A stretch of 64,000 nucleotides of DNA from Spirochaetia bacterium (GTDB lineage Bacteria > Spirochaetota > Spirochaetia > UBA9216), in assembly GCA_963675665.1 (NCBI GenBank), contig OY776510.1, positions 4,288,001-4,352,000 of the forward strand. The letters run 5' to 3'. The position numbers and the translations under genes are program-made. The notes beneath the pieces were generated by a model. It had not been told where the DNA came from and did no database searches. It saw only the letters and a program-made list of their open reading frames with translations. This document shows, piece after piece, positions 34,590 through 44,086 of this stretch. The first letter of the stretch is position 1, and each line of letters opens with the position of its first letter.

Positions 34590-36443
34590 TTATTTAAAAT
34601 CAAGAGCCAGCGATCCGTCCCAGTTTTCCGGGGGTTCATCCCTGAATTTCCTGCAGCGCTCGCTGAACATCATGGACAGCCAGTCATCCTTTTTAACACC
34701 AAGAACCTTCCGGAAATAATCTTCAGCTGATTCCCAGTTGCCGAGTTTGTACTGCTTCAATCCTTTATTATACCAGTCTTTTGTTTCCGTAGTATCAGGG
34801 TCATTCGGCATTATAAGAGAAAAAAGCCTTGTAGCAGACAGTTTTCCTTTAACCTTGACGATATCGACCTCCCGCAATTCCATTGAATCATCTATATGCG
34901 CCGACATCTCTTCGGATATAAGAATCTTTCTTTTATAATGCTTTGTCAGACCTTCCAGTCTTGATGCAATATTGACTGTATCTCCTATTGCAGTGTAATC
35001 AAATTTCTCAGAAGATCCAATATTACCAACAATCGCATCGCCTTCATGAAGACCTATTCCGATATCATAACCTGTAGCGGGCAGATTCAATTCATCAAGC
35101 TGAACTTTCGACATGGCTCCAATCATCTCCGAAGCTGCTTTAACAGCCCTCATCGCATTATCTTCATAACTTATGGGAGCCCCGAAAATGGCGAAGATTG
35201 CATCTCCGATAAACTTGTCTATTGAGCCCCCGTATTTTTTTATAATATCAACCATTATGGTAAAATGGCTGTTCAGGAACCTGACTACAGCTTCAGCTGA
35301 ATTGTTCTCGCTGATGGATGTGAATGATCTGATATCCGAAAAAAGAACTACAATACTCCTTTTCTCTCCAACCAGAAGCGCTTCATCGCTCTGCTTCTCG
35401 ACAAGATCATTTATTATTTCACGCGGGACAAACTTTCCAAAAACATTCCTTATGCCCTCTTCCATTCTCCTCGCCTGATTATACAGAAGAGAATTTTCAA
35501 CCACAATTGCAGAACCTTCGGAAAAAACTTCAATATTGGAACTGATTTTTTCTGAAAAATAGTTATTTATGAAGCTGCCGGCATGAATGCTCCCTACAGG
35601 TTCACCGCCTTTTCCCGTAAGCAGAAATGTAACGTAAGAACTTATTTTTCTGTTATCAAGCCGGATCTTGTCAAAATCGGTCCTGCCGTCAACACCGAAA
35701 ATTTTAGTCCTGAGATCTTTAAAGCCGAGTTCCGGAAATTCTTCAGCAAAATCAGGGTAACATACTTTGATGAACTCATCGCAATCAACCTTCAAAACAG
35801 ATTCCGACGGCAAAATATATGCTTCAGGGATTCTGTTGTTTCTGATCATTATAACCCCGATATCCGCCTCACATACCATGGGTAAGAGGCTCAGTATATC
35901 TTCGCATGTTTTTTCCAGGGAACCTATGGATCGTCCTACATTCCCTATCATGTTAAGGATTGTAGATTTAAAAAGTTCGGAATCAAAAAGGGATCCTATA
36001 AGCTCAAAGACGCTGTCGCTGTTTATCGAAGCTCCGTCGACGGTTATTAACTCCCTGTCCGGGGCTTCATGCCCGACAAGCCCGGCAACCTCTGAAAGCA
36101 GGATTTCAATATTATCAAAATCCTTGTTTACAAAGGAATCTGCTCCTGAAGTAATAGCCCAGTACTTGTCCCTGTCGCCGGAGAGGCTTGTATGCATAAT
36201 AATCGGAATTTTACAGATTTCACGCCGACTTTTCAGTAACCTGCTTGCCTGGTAGCCCTGCATAAGCGGCATTTCCACATCCATTACAATCAGATCCGGT
36301 ATTTCTTTATAGGCAGCAATAATACCCTCTACACCGTCGGCGGCCCGCGACACTGTATAACCTTCATTTCGCAGTGTCTGTTCAAGAACGCCGGCAACCA
36401 GGTCGGAATCATCTATAACCAGTATTTTATATTTCCTCTCCAT
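34590..36443 (-). CDS. Response-regulated class III adenylate cyclase (REC, GAF-like, cyclase)
   Basis: REC IDD..MDVEMP; LFSDIRSFT, KFIGDA, DYTAIGDTVNIASRLE (Lys/Asp ATP-specifying residues). Confidence 0.9.
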   Translation of the reverse strand: MERKYKILVIDDSDLVAGVLEQTLRNEGYTVSRAADGVEGIIAAYKEIPDLIVMDVEMPLMQGYQASRLLKSRREICKIPIIMHTSLSGDRDKYWAITSGADSFVNKDFDNIEILLSEVAGLVGHEAPDRELITVDGASINSDSVFELIGSLFDSELFKSTILNMIGNVGRSIGSLEKTCEDILSLLPMVCEADIGVIMIRNNRIPEAYILPSESVLKVDCDEFIKVCYPDFAEEFPELGFKDLRTKIFGVDGRTDFDKIRLDNRKISSYVTFLLTGKGGEPVGSIHAGSFINNYFSEKISSNIEVFSEGSAIVVENSLLYNQARRMEEGIRNVFGKFVPREIINDLVEKQSDEALLVGEKRSIVVLFSDIRSFTSISENNSAEAVVRFLNSHFTIMVDIIKKYGGSIDKFIGDAIFAIFGAPISYEDNAMRAVKAASEMIGAMSKVQLDELNLPATGYDIGIGLHEGDAIVGNIGSSEKFDYTAIGDTVNIASRLEGLTKHYKRKILISEEMSAHIDDSMELREVDIVKVKGKLSATRLFSLIMPNDPDTTETKDWYNKGLKQYKLGNWESAEDYFRKVLGVKKDDWLSMMFSERCRKFRDEPPENWDGSLALDFK

Positions 36444-36447
36444 TTTA

Positions 36448-38613
36448 TTATCCGATAAGGTCTTTTACTTCTTTTACAAGATTCCCGCGGTCAAAATCAG
36501 ATTTTATTATAAACCGGTTTGCTCCGGCCTTACGGGATTCCCGGCGATTCTGCTCATTATCATCGGAAGAAACAACAATAACCGGAGCTGATGAATGTCT
36601 TTCGTCCTTTCTGAGGTTTTCTATAAACGTAAGACCATCCATTCTGGGCATATGTATATCGGTGATAATCAGATCAAACCGTTGTTCCTTAAGTTTCTCA
36701 AGTCCCTCAATCCCGTCGTTTGCCGTTGAGACACTGTAATGCTCCACCTCAAGAATGGATTTTTCAATTTCCCGGGTAGAAAATGAATCGTCAACCACAA
36801 GAACTTTTTTATAGGCCCTGTCCGCTGTTGAGAACTTCCGCCTGGACTCTATTCCCCTTATTCTCTTGAATCTGTTTATTATTTCAGGAATATACAGAAT
36901 ATTGATAATGTTGTAATTTTCATCAAATACTATTCCCTGTACCGATTTCATAGCAGAAAGATTTTTGGGAACAGGTTTGAAAATCAGCGAATTATACTGG
37001 ATTACCGAATCAACTGTTATTCCTATAATCTCGCCGAGGTTTTCAACAACCACAACAAAAGATTTTTCCGTGTTTACAGGTTCCAGGCTCGACTTGTCTA
37101 TTATTGCAGCCAGGGGATAAAGAGGAATAATTGAATTTCTCAGTTTATACCCCTTCCTGTTGAGAAGATCCAGCTCTTCATTTTTCGGTACTATCACTAT
37201 TTCCCTTACATAAGCGGAAGGAATCAAAAACCTTTCACCGGAAACTGCAATAAAAAATCCGTTTACGGTGGCAAGTGATAACGGAAGGGAAAGTTTGAAT
37301 TCAGTACCCTTGCCCTTTTCACTTGAGAGCGAAATCTTGCCTTTCATGCTTTCAATATTATGCTTAACTATATCCAGTCCTACTCCCCTGCCCGACAGTT
37401 CGCTTATTTCATCCTTGGTGGAAAAACCGGACATAAAAAGAAATGAATTAAGTGCGGCGTCATCCATCTCGTCAATTTCTTCTTTCTGGTTTGGAAACAT
37501 CTCGGCAGCCCGGAGCCTGACCTTTGTATAATCAAATCCTCTGCCGTCGTCGCTGATTCGGATTACTATATTCCCGCTTTCCGAAGTACAGAACACATTA
37601 AGAGAGCCTGATTCCTGCTTTCCCGCAGCTTTCCTTTCTTCCGGCTTTTCAATTCCGTGGTCGACGGCATTTCTTATTATATGAATTACAGGATCATGCA
37701 GTCTTTCAAGAATAAACTTGTCGAGCTTCAGTTCCGTGCCGTTGGTTGAGAAATCGATCTTCTTTCCCATTATCATTGCAGTTTCCTCAACCATCTTTCC
37801 AAGATTGCCCAGAATCAATTCAAGAGGTAGCATCCGAAGGGAGAGGATTTCTTCCTGAAGTTCAAATATGCTTCTTTCAATCTGGGGAAGCTCCTCAAGA
37901 AACCCTTTTTTCAGCGTTTTAAGATCCTCAAATGCTTCATTCATCTCGTCCTGCGAACCGGCGGAAAGGTGCTGAACTTTTTTTAGTCTCTGTTCAAGAT
38001 CTGCAAGCACTTCATTTTCTTTTCTGAGCTGAAACTGCCTGATAATCAGGTTGTTTAACAATTTTACAATCTTCTCAATTCTGTTTACATTAATCCGGAT
38101 AGTCTCGTATCTCTTCCCGCTATCCTCAATTTCTGATCCTGAAGCTCCGGACTTTCCGGATACAGGCGTATCAGATGTTTCTTTCTGTCCCGGAATAAGC
38201 GACCTCAGTTTTTGCACGTCATAAGGTTCATTGGAATAAGCATATTCAAAGGCCGCAACAAGTTCGGCGGCATCAATTACATCGTCAGATTCCGTTTTTA
38301 TATGCTCCGCGCATGCACGTATATAATCTGTTGTAATAAACACCAGTTGAATCAGATCAGATGCAATTCCATATCTTTCCTCTTTAACGCCCTTGAATAC
38401 ATTTTCAATTCCGTGAGTTATTTTCTCAATGGTCTTGAATTTCAGCATTCTGGATGAACCCTTCATTGTATGAAGAGCCCTCAGAAGTTTTGTCAGTTCG
38501 TCGGCATTATCCGGATCATTTTTCAGAACAAGAATGCAGTTATCAACAACAGAAAGGTTATCTTCAAGCTCTTCAAGGTAGTTTGCAATAAATGCATCTC
38601 TGTCAAGTCCCAT
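36448..38613 (-). CDS. cheA: CheA-REC hybrid kinase (WspE-like)
   Basis: Hpt LHTMKGSS; HIIRNAVDHG; SGRGVGLD; CheW domain; C-terminal REC VVDD..TDIHMP. Confidence 0.92.
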   Translation of the reverse strand: MGLDRDAFIANYLEELEDNLSVVDNCILVLKNDPDNADELTKLLRALHTMKGSSRMLKFKTIEKITHGIENVFKGVKEERYGIASDLIQLVFITTDYIRACAEHIKTESDDVIDAAELVAAFEYAYSNEPYDVQKLRSLIPGQKETSDTPVSGKSGASGSEIEDSGKRYETIRINVNRIEKIVKLLNNLIIRQFQLRKENEVLADLEQRLKKVQHLSAGSQDEMNEAFEDLKTLKKGFLEELPQIERSIFELQEEILSLRMLPLELILGNLGKMVEETAMIMGKKIDFSTNGTELKLDKFILERLHDPVIHIIRNAVDHGIEKPEERKAAGKQESGSLNVFCTSESGNIVIRISDDGRGFDYTKVRLRAAEMFPNQKEEIDEMDDAALNSFLFMSGFSTKDEISELSGRGVGLDIVKHNIESMKGKISLSSEKGKGTEFKLSLPLSLATVNGFFIAVSGERFLIPSAYVREIVIVPKNEELDLLNRKGYKLRNSIIPLYPLAAIIDKSSLEPVNTEKSFVVVVENLGEIIGITVDSVIQYNSLIFKPVPKNLSAMKSVQGIVFDENYNIINILYIPEIINRFKRIRGIESRRKFSTADRAYKKVLVVDDSFSTREIEKSILEVEHYSVSTANDGIEGLEKLKEQRFDLIITDIHMPRMDGLTFIENLRKDERHSSAPVIVVSSDDNEQNRRESRKAGANRFIIKSDFDRGNLVKEVKDLIG

Positions 38614-38614
38614 A

Positions 38615-40030
38615 CTATGCTCCTTTCTTTTCCATCCTGGAAATCCAGCCCCTGCAAACTTCAGCAAAATATCGGGCGTTAAATCCCTCTAAAAGAAACT
38701 GATAACTGAAGTTACCACTTCTGATATATGCATCAATAGATCTGAGGCAGTCCTTGTAATCTCTCAATGCCTTCCCGGGATTTCTGTCCTTTTCTATTGA
38801 AGCCCTCTGATATATGGCCGGCCAGAAACCGGTGTTTTGTCTCAGAGCAGCACTGAACAGCTTTACGGCCCTGTCATAATCGCTGTTACGTAAAAACTTT
38901 ATACCCCTGAAATAATCAGTAATCTCATTCTCTCCCCACTTTTCAATGAGCTTTTCTTCCGCTTCGCCGGCCTTTTCCAGTTCCCCGGAATTAAGAAAAT
39001 ACATAGTCTTAAGATAATCTACAGCGGCGATAAAGGCGTCTGTTCCGGGCTGTTCATAAACCGGGTTGTTCAGTCTGCGGCTTATGTGTTTCAATATCTC
39101 GGAAAGCAGCACCCGGCGATTTTCATAAGAAGTTTTTGCTGTAACAGTATTCTTCGTCTGATAAGGCTGTATAATCATCTCCCTGTCCGGTATTATTCCG
39201 GCTTTTTTCTCCTGCGGCTGCTTTTTTCTGAAAAAATAACAATTGTCTGAGTTTTGCAGAACAAGCTCAACATGTCCAAGAAGCGGGATTTCTGATGAAG
39301 ACAGAAAAAGATAGCCGCCCGGCGTCATATGCGAAACAATCCTGTCGAGAATTCCTGATCGCATCCCGGTCCGAACATAGATAAGCATGTTGCGAAGGAA
39401 AACTATATCGATATTTTCCGGAACCGGATCATACGATTCATCAGCCAGATTCAGCTGAAGGGGGATTATCAGATCAAGATATTTTCCGGGAGTTCTGAAA
39501 ACATCAACAGAATCTGAGGCGTCTTTTCCAAGAAGCGAATGAAAGTCACTGCCGTCCTCCCTGAATGAATTTCTGCCGTATACACCCTTTTGCAGCATTC
39601 CAACGGCAAGAGGATTAATATCGCTTGCATATACCCTGAGGTCGGTCAGATTTCCGAGAAAGGATGCCGACAAAGCAGCAAGAGATATAGCCTCTTCACC
39701 GGTTGAACAGGCTGCACTCCATATTTTCAGCTGGCGGGGTGTATTTTTCCGTATTTCCGGAAAAATATTTTCGACAAGAACCCTGAAATGCTTCTGCTCA
39801 CGAAAAAAATATGTTTCATTTATGGTAACTGCGTCCAGAAACATATCTCTTTCAGCAGCATCAGACTTAACCAATGAAAGGTAATCTTCCGCTGAAATCT
39901 TTAAAGCTCCGGTTCGGTCTGCAATATAGGATTGTACAAACCGGTAATTGGTTTCCGGCAAAGTGATGCCTGTAAGCGTTTCGATAAACGATAAAACTTT
40001 TTCAAAGCAGTAAGCTTCCGCCGAAATCAT
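38615..40030 (-). CDS. cheR: CheR methyltransferase with C-terminal TPR-like region (WspC-like)
   Basis: TINETYFFRE, IWSAACSTGEE, RNMLIY; helical C-terminal extension. Confidence 0.9.
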   Translation of the reverse strand: MISAEAYCFEKVLSFIETLTGITLPETNYRFVQSYIADRTGALKISAEDYLSLVKSDAAERDMFLDAVTINETYFFREQKHFRVLVENIFPEIRKNTPRQLKIWSAACSTGEEAISLAALSASFLGNLTDLRVYASDINPLAVGMLQKGVYGRNSFREDGSDFHSLLGKDASDSVDVFRTPGKYLDLIIPLQLNLADESYDPVPENIDIVFLRNMLIYVRTGMRSGILDRIVSHMTPGGYLFLSSSEIPLLGHVELVLQNSDNCYFFRKKQPQEKKAGIIPDREMIIQPYQTKNTVTAKTSYENRRVLLSEILKHISRRLNNPVYEQPGTDAFIAAVDYLKTMYFLNSGELEKAGEAEEKLIEKWGENEITDYFRGIKFLRNSDYDRAVKLFSAALRQNTGFWPAIYQRASIEKDRNPGKALRDYKDCLRSIDAYIRSGNFSYQFLLEGFNARYFAEVCRGWISRMEKKGA

Positions 40031-41064
40031 CTCTTTAAAGCACCCTCCATCATCGAAATCATCCTTTCAGGAATCTCCTGGAGCGGCAGGATTTCCGACG
40101 CTGCGCCCGCATCTATAGCAGCCTTGGGCATACCGAAGATAGCGCTTGTCGACTGATCCTGAACAAGGGTATATCCGCCTTTATTAAGTATTTTCAGGCA
40201 TCCGTCCGCTCCGTCGCGCCCCATCCCCGTCAGCAGAACTCCCAAAAGATTTTTCCCGTAATTTTCTGCTGCTGTCGAAAACAGTACATCCACAGCCGGT
40301 TTCTGGTTGAGTACTGCAGGCGTATCCTCAAGACACAGCCTGTTTTGTCTCACTGCCAGATGCCGGTTTACAGGGGCTATCAATACTTCTCCGGGGGTAA
40401 AAACATCGTTATCAACCGCAAGCCTGACTTTTAATTCCACAAGCTCATCCAGCCATGCGGCATAACCATGATCAAAATGCTCTTCAAGATGCTGCACAAC
40501 CGCTATACCGACAGGAAACGAAGACGGAAGCCTCGACAGCAGCTCTTTGACGGCCAGGGGACCGCCTGTAGAAGCCCCTATTACTACAGCAGCCGTTTTT
40601 ACAGGCGGAACTTTCCCCAATATTATTCCTTTGCCGTTTTTGCTCCCGGGATAATTATACCTTGCAGATTGGGAAGCAAGCCTGATTTTTGAAGTAAGCT
40701 CATTCAGGAATACAGGAGAACTTATAACGTCAATATCGGGTTTCTCGATAATATCCAGAGCGCCGGACGATAACGCTTCGAAACTTACTCCGGCGTCTAC
40801 AGAATTTGAAAATATCACGATAGGCACGGGTTTTTCGGACATGATCCGGCTTGTCGCTTCAAGACCGTTCATCACCGGCATATTAATATCCATTATAATA
40901 ACATCCGGTTCAAGTTCATTATTCAGTTCACAGGCCTTCTGTCCGTTTGAGGCTTCGCCGATTACCGAGAAACCTTCGGCATCAGTCAGTACATGCCTGA
41001 GAATACTTCTAATCAGAGCGGAATCGTCCACAATCAGGACTCCAAGCCCTGCTTTACTGCTCAT
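40027..41064 (-). CDS. cheB: CheB REC-methylesterase
   Basis: REC plus GASTGGP, VQH, LTGMGRDGA, FGMP. Confidence 0.95.
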   Translation of the reverse strand: MSSKAGLGVLIVDDSALIRSILRHVLTDAEGFSVIGEASNGQKACELNNELEPDVIIMDINMPVMNGLEATSRIMSEKPVPIVIFSNSVDAGVSFEALSSGALDIIEKPDIDVISSPVFLNELTSKIRLASQSARYNYPGSKNGKGIILGKVPPVKTAAVVIGASTGGPLAVKELLSRLPSSFPVGIAVVQHLEEHFDHGYAAWLDELVELKVRLAVDNDVFTPGEVLIAPVNRHLAVRQNRLCLEDTPAVLNQKPAVDVLFSTAAENYGKNLLGVLLTGMGRDGADGCLKILNKGGYTLVQDQSTSAIFGMPKAAIDAGAASEILPLQEIPERMISMMEGALKR

Positions 41065-41606
41065 GCTGTCAAGCCTCCGTAAATGACGGTATCAATATCA
41101 ATAAAAAAGTAGGCGCCGAGATTCCCCCTGAATCTGCATCCGAGAATCCCTTTATCGTTCAGACGTTTCCTCAGCCGTCCCGGCAGCAGTTTGATTTCGC
41201 TGAAATCAACTTTTATGATTTCGGACTGGCTCCCTATTCTGAATGCCAGGTAATCTGTACTTGCTTCAGGATCCGTATTTGTTATAACTGTCCTTATTTT
41301 ATTTCCTGTAATTTTGTTAAACATTGAAACATCAGATACAAGCGCTATTTTCAAACCCTTCTGGGGTTCCGCCTGAAAGAGTTCACCCAGAAGGGTATCC
41401 AGTTCATAGACTACAAGCTTTTCATGCCTGAACATCATAGTGCCTGCGCAATATTCCGGACAGATCTCATTTCCCTGATAAGGAACAATATTATCAAGAT
41501 AAACGCTGGCAAAAAACTGGTCCCTGTTTATCAAAAATCCCACATTTTCATGCTCCACCGACAGGAAATCATGAGCATTTAGAGAAAAAGACTTTTCAGG
41601 CTCCAA
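41061..41606 (-). CDS. Divergent CheW-like protein
   Basis: Lies between cheW and cheB; CheW-like pattern (GTMMFRHEKLVVYELDTLL..FFIDIDTV); TTG start inferred. Confidence 0.5.
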   Translation of the reverse strand: MEPEKSFSLNAHDFLSVEHENVGFLINRDQFFASVYLDNIVPYQGNEICPEYCAGTMMFRHEKLVVYELDTLLGELFQAEPQKGLKIALVSDVSMFNKITGNKIRTVITNTDPEASTDYLAFRIGSQSEIIKVDFSEIKLLPGRLRKRLNDKGILGCRFRGNLGAYFFIDIDTVIYGGLTA

Positions 41607-42102
41607 GATCCCGCTCCAGTCTTTCGAGTACTTTCTGCAAATCAACAATAAAAATCTCCTGTTCATGCAGGGAAATGGAACCCAGAAAAAAACCCTCCTC
41701 GCCCGTATCCTCGGTTATAAGATGGATATTCTTTTCAGTCAGCTTTGCGATTTCAAGAATCTCGGAAATAATAAATGCAAGCTGATCATTCTCACGGTTG
41801 ATTACCATAAAAACTGCCGATTCATTTCGCTCCTGCTCAAATAGCGCGTTAAGATCAAGCACAGTATACGGCTCTCCATGCCTGTTTATAAAACCCCTGA
41901 CATATGGGGGCACAAACGGTACATAAAATAAAGGATAATCCAGTATTATTTCTCTAATATCGTTTGCATAAAGAGCATATTTTTTTCCGGCCACCTGAAA
42001 AACTATAAATTTTTCTATTCTTTCATCTCTTACAATCCTGTCTTTTTTATCCAGTGACTGTTCTTTCTCAATACGCTCAAGCAATTCGTCATTATTCATC
42101 AT
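41596..42102 (-). CDS. cheW: CheW adaptor
   Basis: FIVFQV..YAL..IREI..VPFVPPYVRGFINRHGEPYTVLDL. Confidence 0.9.
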   Translation of the reverse strand: MMNNDELLERIEKEQSLDKKDRIVRDERIEKFIVFQVAGKKYALYANDIREIILDYPLFYVPFVPPYVRGFINRHGEPYTVLDLNALFEQERNESAVFMVINRENDQLAFIISEILEIAKLTEKNIHLITEDTGEEGFFLGSISLHEQEIFIVDLQKVLERLERDLGA

Positions 42103-44086
42103 TTCCAACCTGGTATCTGTCGACAATCTCTTTAAGACTTTCAGCCATTTCCTTCAGGCTGACCGAAGAGGATGCAGTTGATTTGGTGGATACAACAAAA
42201 TTATCAATTCCGTTTGATATCTGCCTGAGCGTGAGCAGGATTTGCTCGAATGCCGAAACCTGCTGATTAATGGAGGAAGCTATCTGTTCAGCCGATTCAG
42301 CCGATATTTCAGCTGAGCTGAGAACATCCTCAAAGATCCTCTGAAGTTCACCCGACAGTTCTCCGCCCTCCCTGATATGTTCGGTTCCCTCCTCGGAGGC
42401 TATGATAAGATTATCCGACGAGTGCTGAATCTCGTTTATTTTACCCTTTATCTCATTGGTTGAAGCCATGGTGCTGTCTGCGAGTCTTCTGATTTCAGTT
42501 GCAACTATCTGAAAGTTTTTACCCGCCTCACCGGCTGCAGAAGCTTCAAGTTCAGCGTTAAATGCAATTATTTTTGTCTGATCGGCAATACCGTTGATAA
42601 TATTTACTATTTCCCAAATGCTGTCTATTTTCTCCCCAAGCAACTTGATCCCTTCAATAGTGTCTGAATTTGAGTTTTTAATCTCATCCATCTTGCCGAG
42701 GCTGTCCTGGACAGTTGAAAAACCGGTCTGGACTACCTCGCGGGTTTTATTGGAAATCTTGGCGACCTCGCCAATCCTGTTGGCTATACTCTTTGAGAGG
42801 TTGTCGGAATCTTCCATTGTACTGACAATTTCCTTTACCGCCGCTGCCTGCTCGTTTGAAGTAGCGGTAATTTCCTGTGATGAGACTGACAGGCTCTGAA
42901 CAGATTCAAAAAGCTCGGATGACGTATTTTTGATTTTCTTAAGCATTTCTTCAACCGTATCTATCAGCGAATTGAAATGCACCGACATTACGCCTATTTC
43001 ATCGTCAGAAATATTCTCAACCCTTCCGGTGAGATCGCCGGCTGCAATATTTGTTGTCAGCTCCCTGACATACTTCAGCGGTTTCATTATCCTGGAAAGA
43101 ACAAAGGCGATAACAAGATTGGTAAGAATAAACGCCGCGCTTAATACTATTATGCTGATAATTTTTATTTTATTCAGCAGCCCGAACATATCCTCTACAT
43201 AAGCCTTTGTGACGATAATCAAATCAAGCTCCGGATAGGAGCGGAAGTATGCAATCGAATCCGTGCCTATCTCATCATTAACCATCCGGTAGGTAATTGA
43301 GCCGTTCTGCTTTTCAATAATCTCCCTTATAAAATAACGCCCGTCCGCCGCCTGGTTATCGTAAAGATTCTCTCCCTTTCTGGTAGGATGAATAAGAAGC
43401 TCCCCTTCGGAATTCATGATATAAGGGTAACCGTGCTCACCAACCTTGAGACTCAGAATCCTTTTTTCCAGTTCATTCAGGCTGACTAACGATCTGAATT
43501 CCGATTTATAGGATGATGCCCATATTATAAGGTCCCACGGTTTAAAATAGGCCATTCCTCCGGCTTTGGCACGCTCTTCAGCCTCATCCTTGTTTTTCCA
43601 CATATATTCGATATAGCCTTCCTTCATGGAAGTAGCCTGTTTCATAAAATCGTAGCCGCTGGCGTCCGCGCCTTCAGAAAGAGGATGTATGACTAAAATT
43701 CCCGTTCCGCTAACGCCGGCAAGATAACCGGTATCTCCAATCTTTCCTATATCGGGATCAAGAATAATAGCCTTCGCTTTCAGCCAGGCTTGCTGTTCGG
43801 TTTGTCTTCCGGCAAGATATTCGTTATATTCGTGCTCCACAAGTCTTTTTATGGCTTCAGCCAATCCAATCAGATAGTTTTGAACGCTTGTATCAACATA
43901 ACTGTCTGTAATCTGATATATCAGCTCGGTCGTATTTGACAATTCCATACGGTACTGTTTTTCAAGACCGGACGACAAACTCATGAAAATGCCCAGTCCC
44001 AGGCCGAACAATACAATTATATATATTACTCCGAATACAGCCTGTATCTTGAAATTAATACTTGAAACCAGTCCCTTGATCTTCAC
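42092..44086 (-). CDS. Methyl-accepting chemotaxis protein with periplasmic Cache domains
   Basis: 2 TM, Cache motifs (GDTGYL..HP; GYPYIMN..HP), HAMP (DEIG), signalling tip IIAFNAELEASAAGEAG. Confidence 0.92.
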   Translation of the reverse strand: MKIKGLVSSINFKIQAVFGVIYIIVLFGLGLGIFMSLSSGLEKQYRMELSNTTELIYQITDSYVDTSVQNYLIGLAEAIKRLVEHEYNEYLAGRQTEQQAWLKAKAIILDPDIGKIGDTGYLAGVSGTGILVIHPLSEGADASGYDFMKQATSMKEGYIEYMWKNKDEAEERAKAGGMAYFKPWDLIIWASSYKSEFRSLVSLNELEKRILSLKVGEHGYPYIMNSEGELLIHPTRKGENLYDNQAADGRYFIREIIEKQNGSITYRMVNDEIGTDSIAYFRSYPELDLIIVTKAYVEDMFGLLNKIKIISIIVLSAAFILTNLVIAFVLSRIMKPLKYVRELTTNIAAGDLTGRVENISDDEIGVMSVHFNSLIDTVEEMLKKIKNTSSELFESVQSLSVSSQEITATSNEQAAAVKEIVSTMEDSDNLSKSIANRIGEVAKISNKTREVVQTGFSTVQDSLGKMDEIKNSNSDTIEGIKLLGEKIDSIWEIVNIINGIADQTKIIAFNAELEASAAGEAGKNFQIVATEIRRLADSTMASTNEIKGKINEIQHSSDNLIIASEEGTEHIREGGELSGELQRIFEDVLSSAEISAESAEQIASSINQQVSAFEQILLTLRQISNGIDNFVVSTKSTASSSVSLKEMAESLKEIVDRYQVGNDE

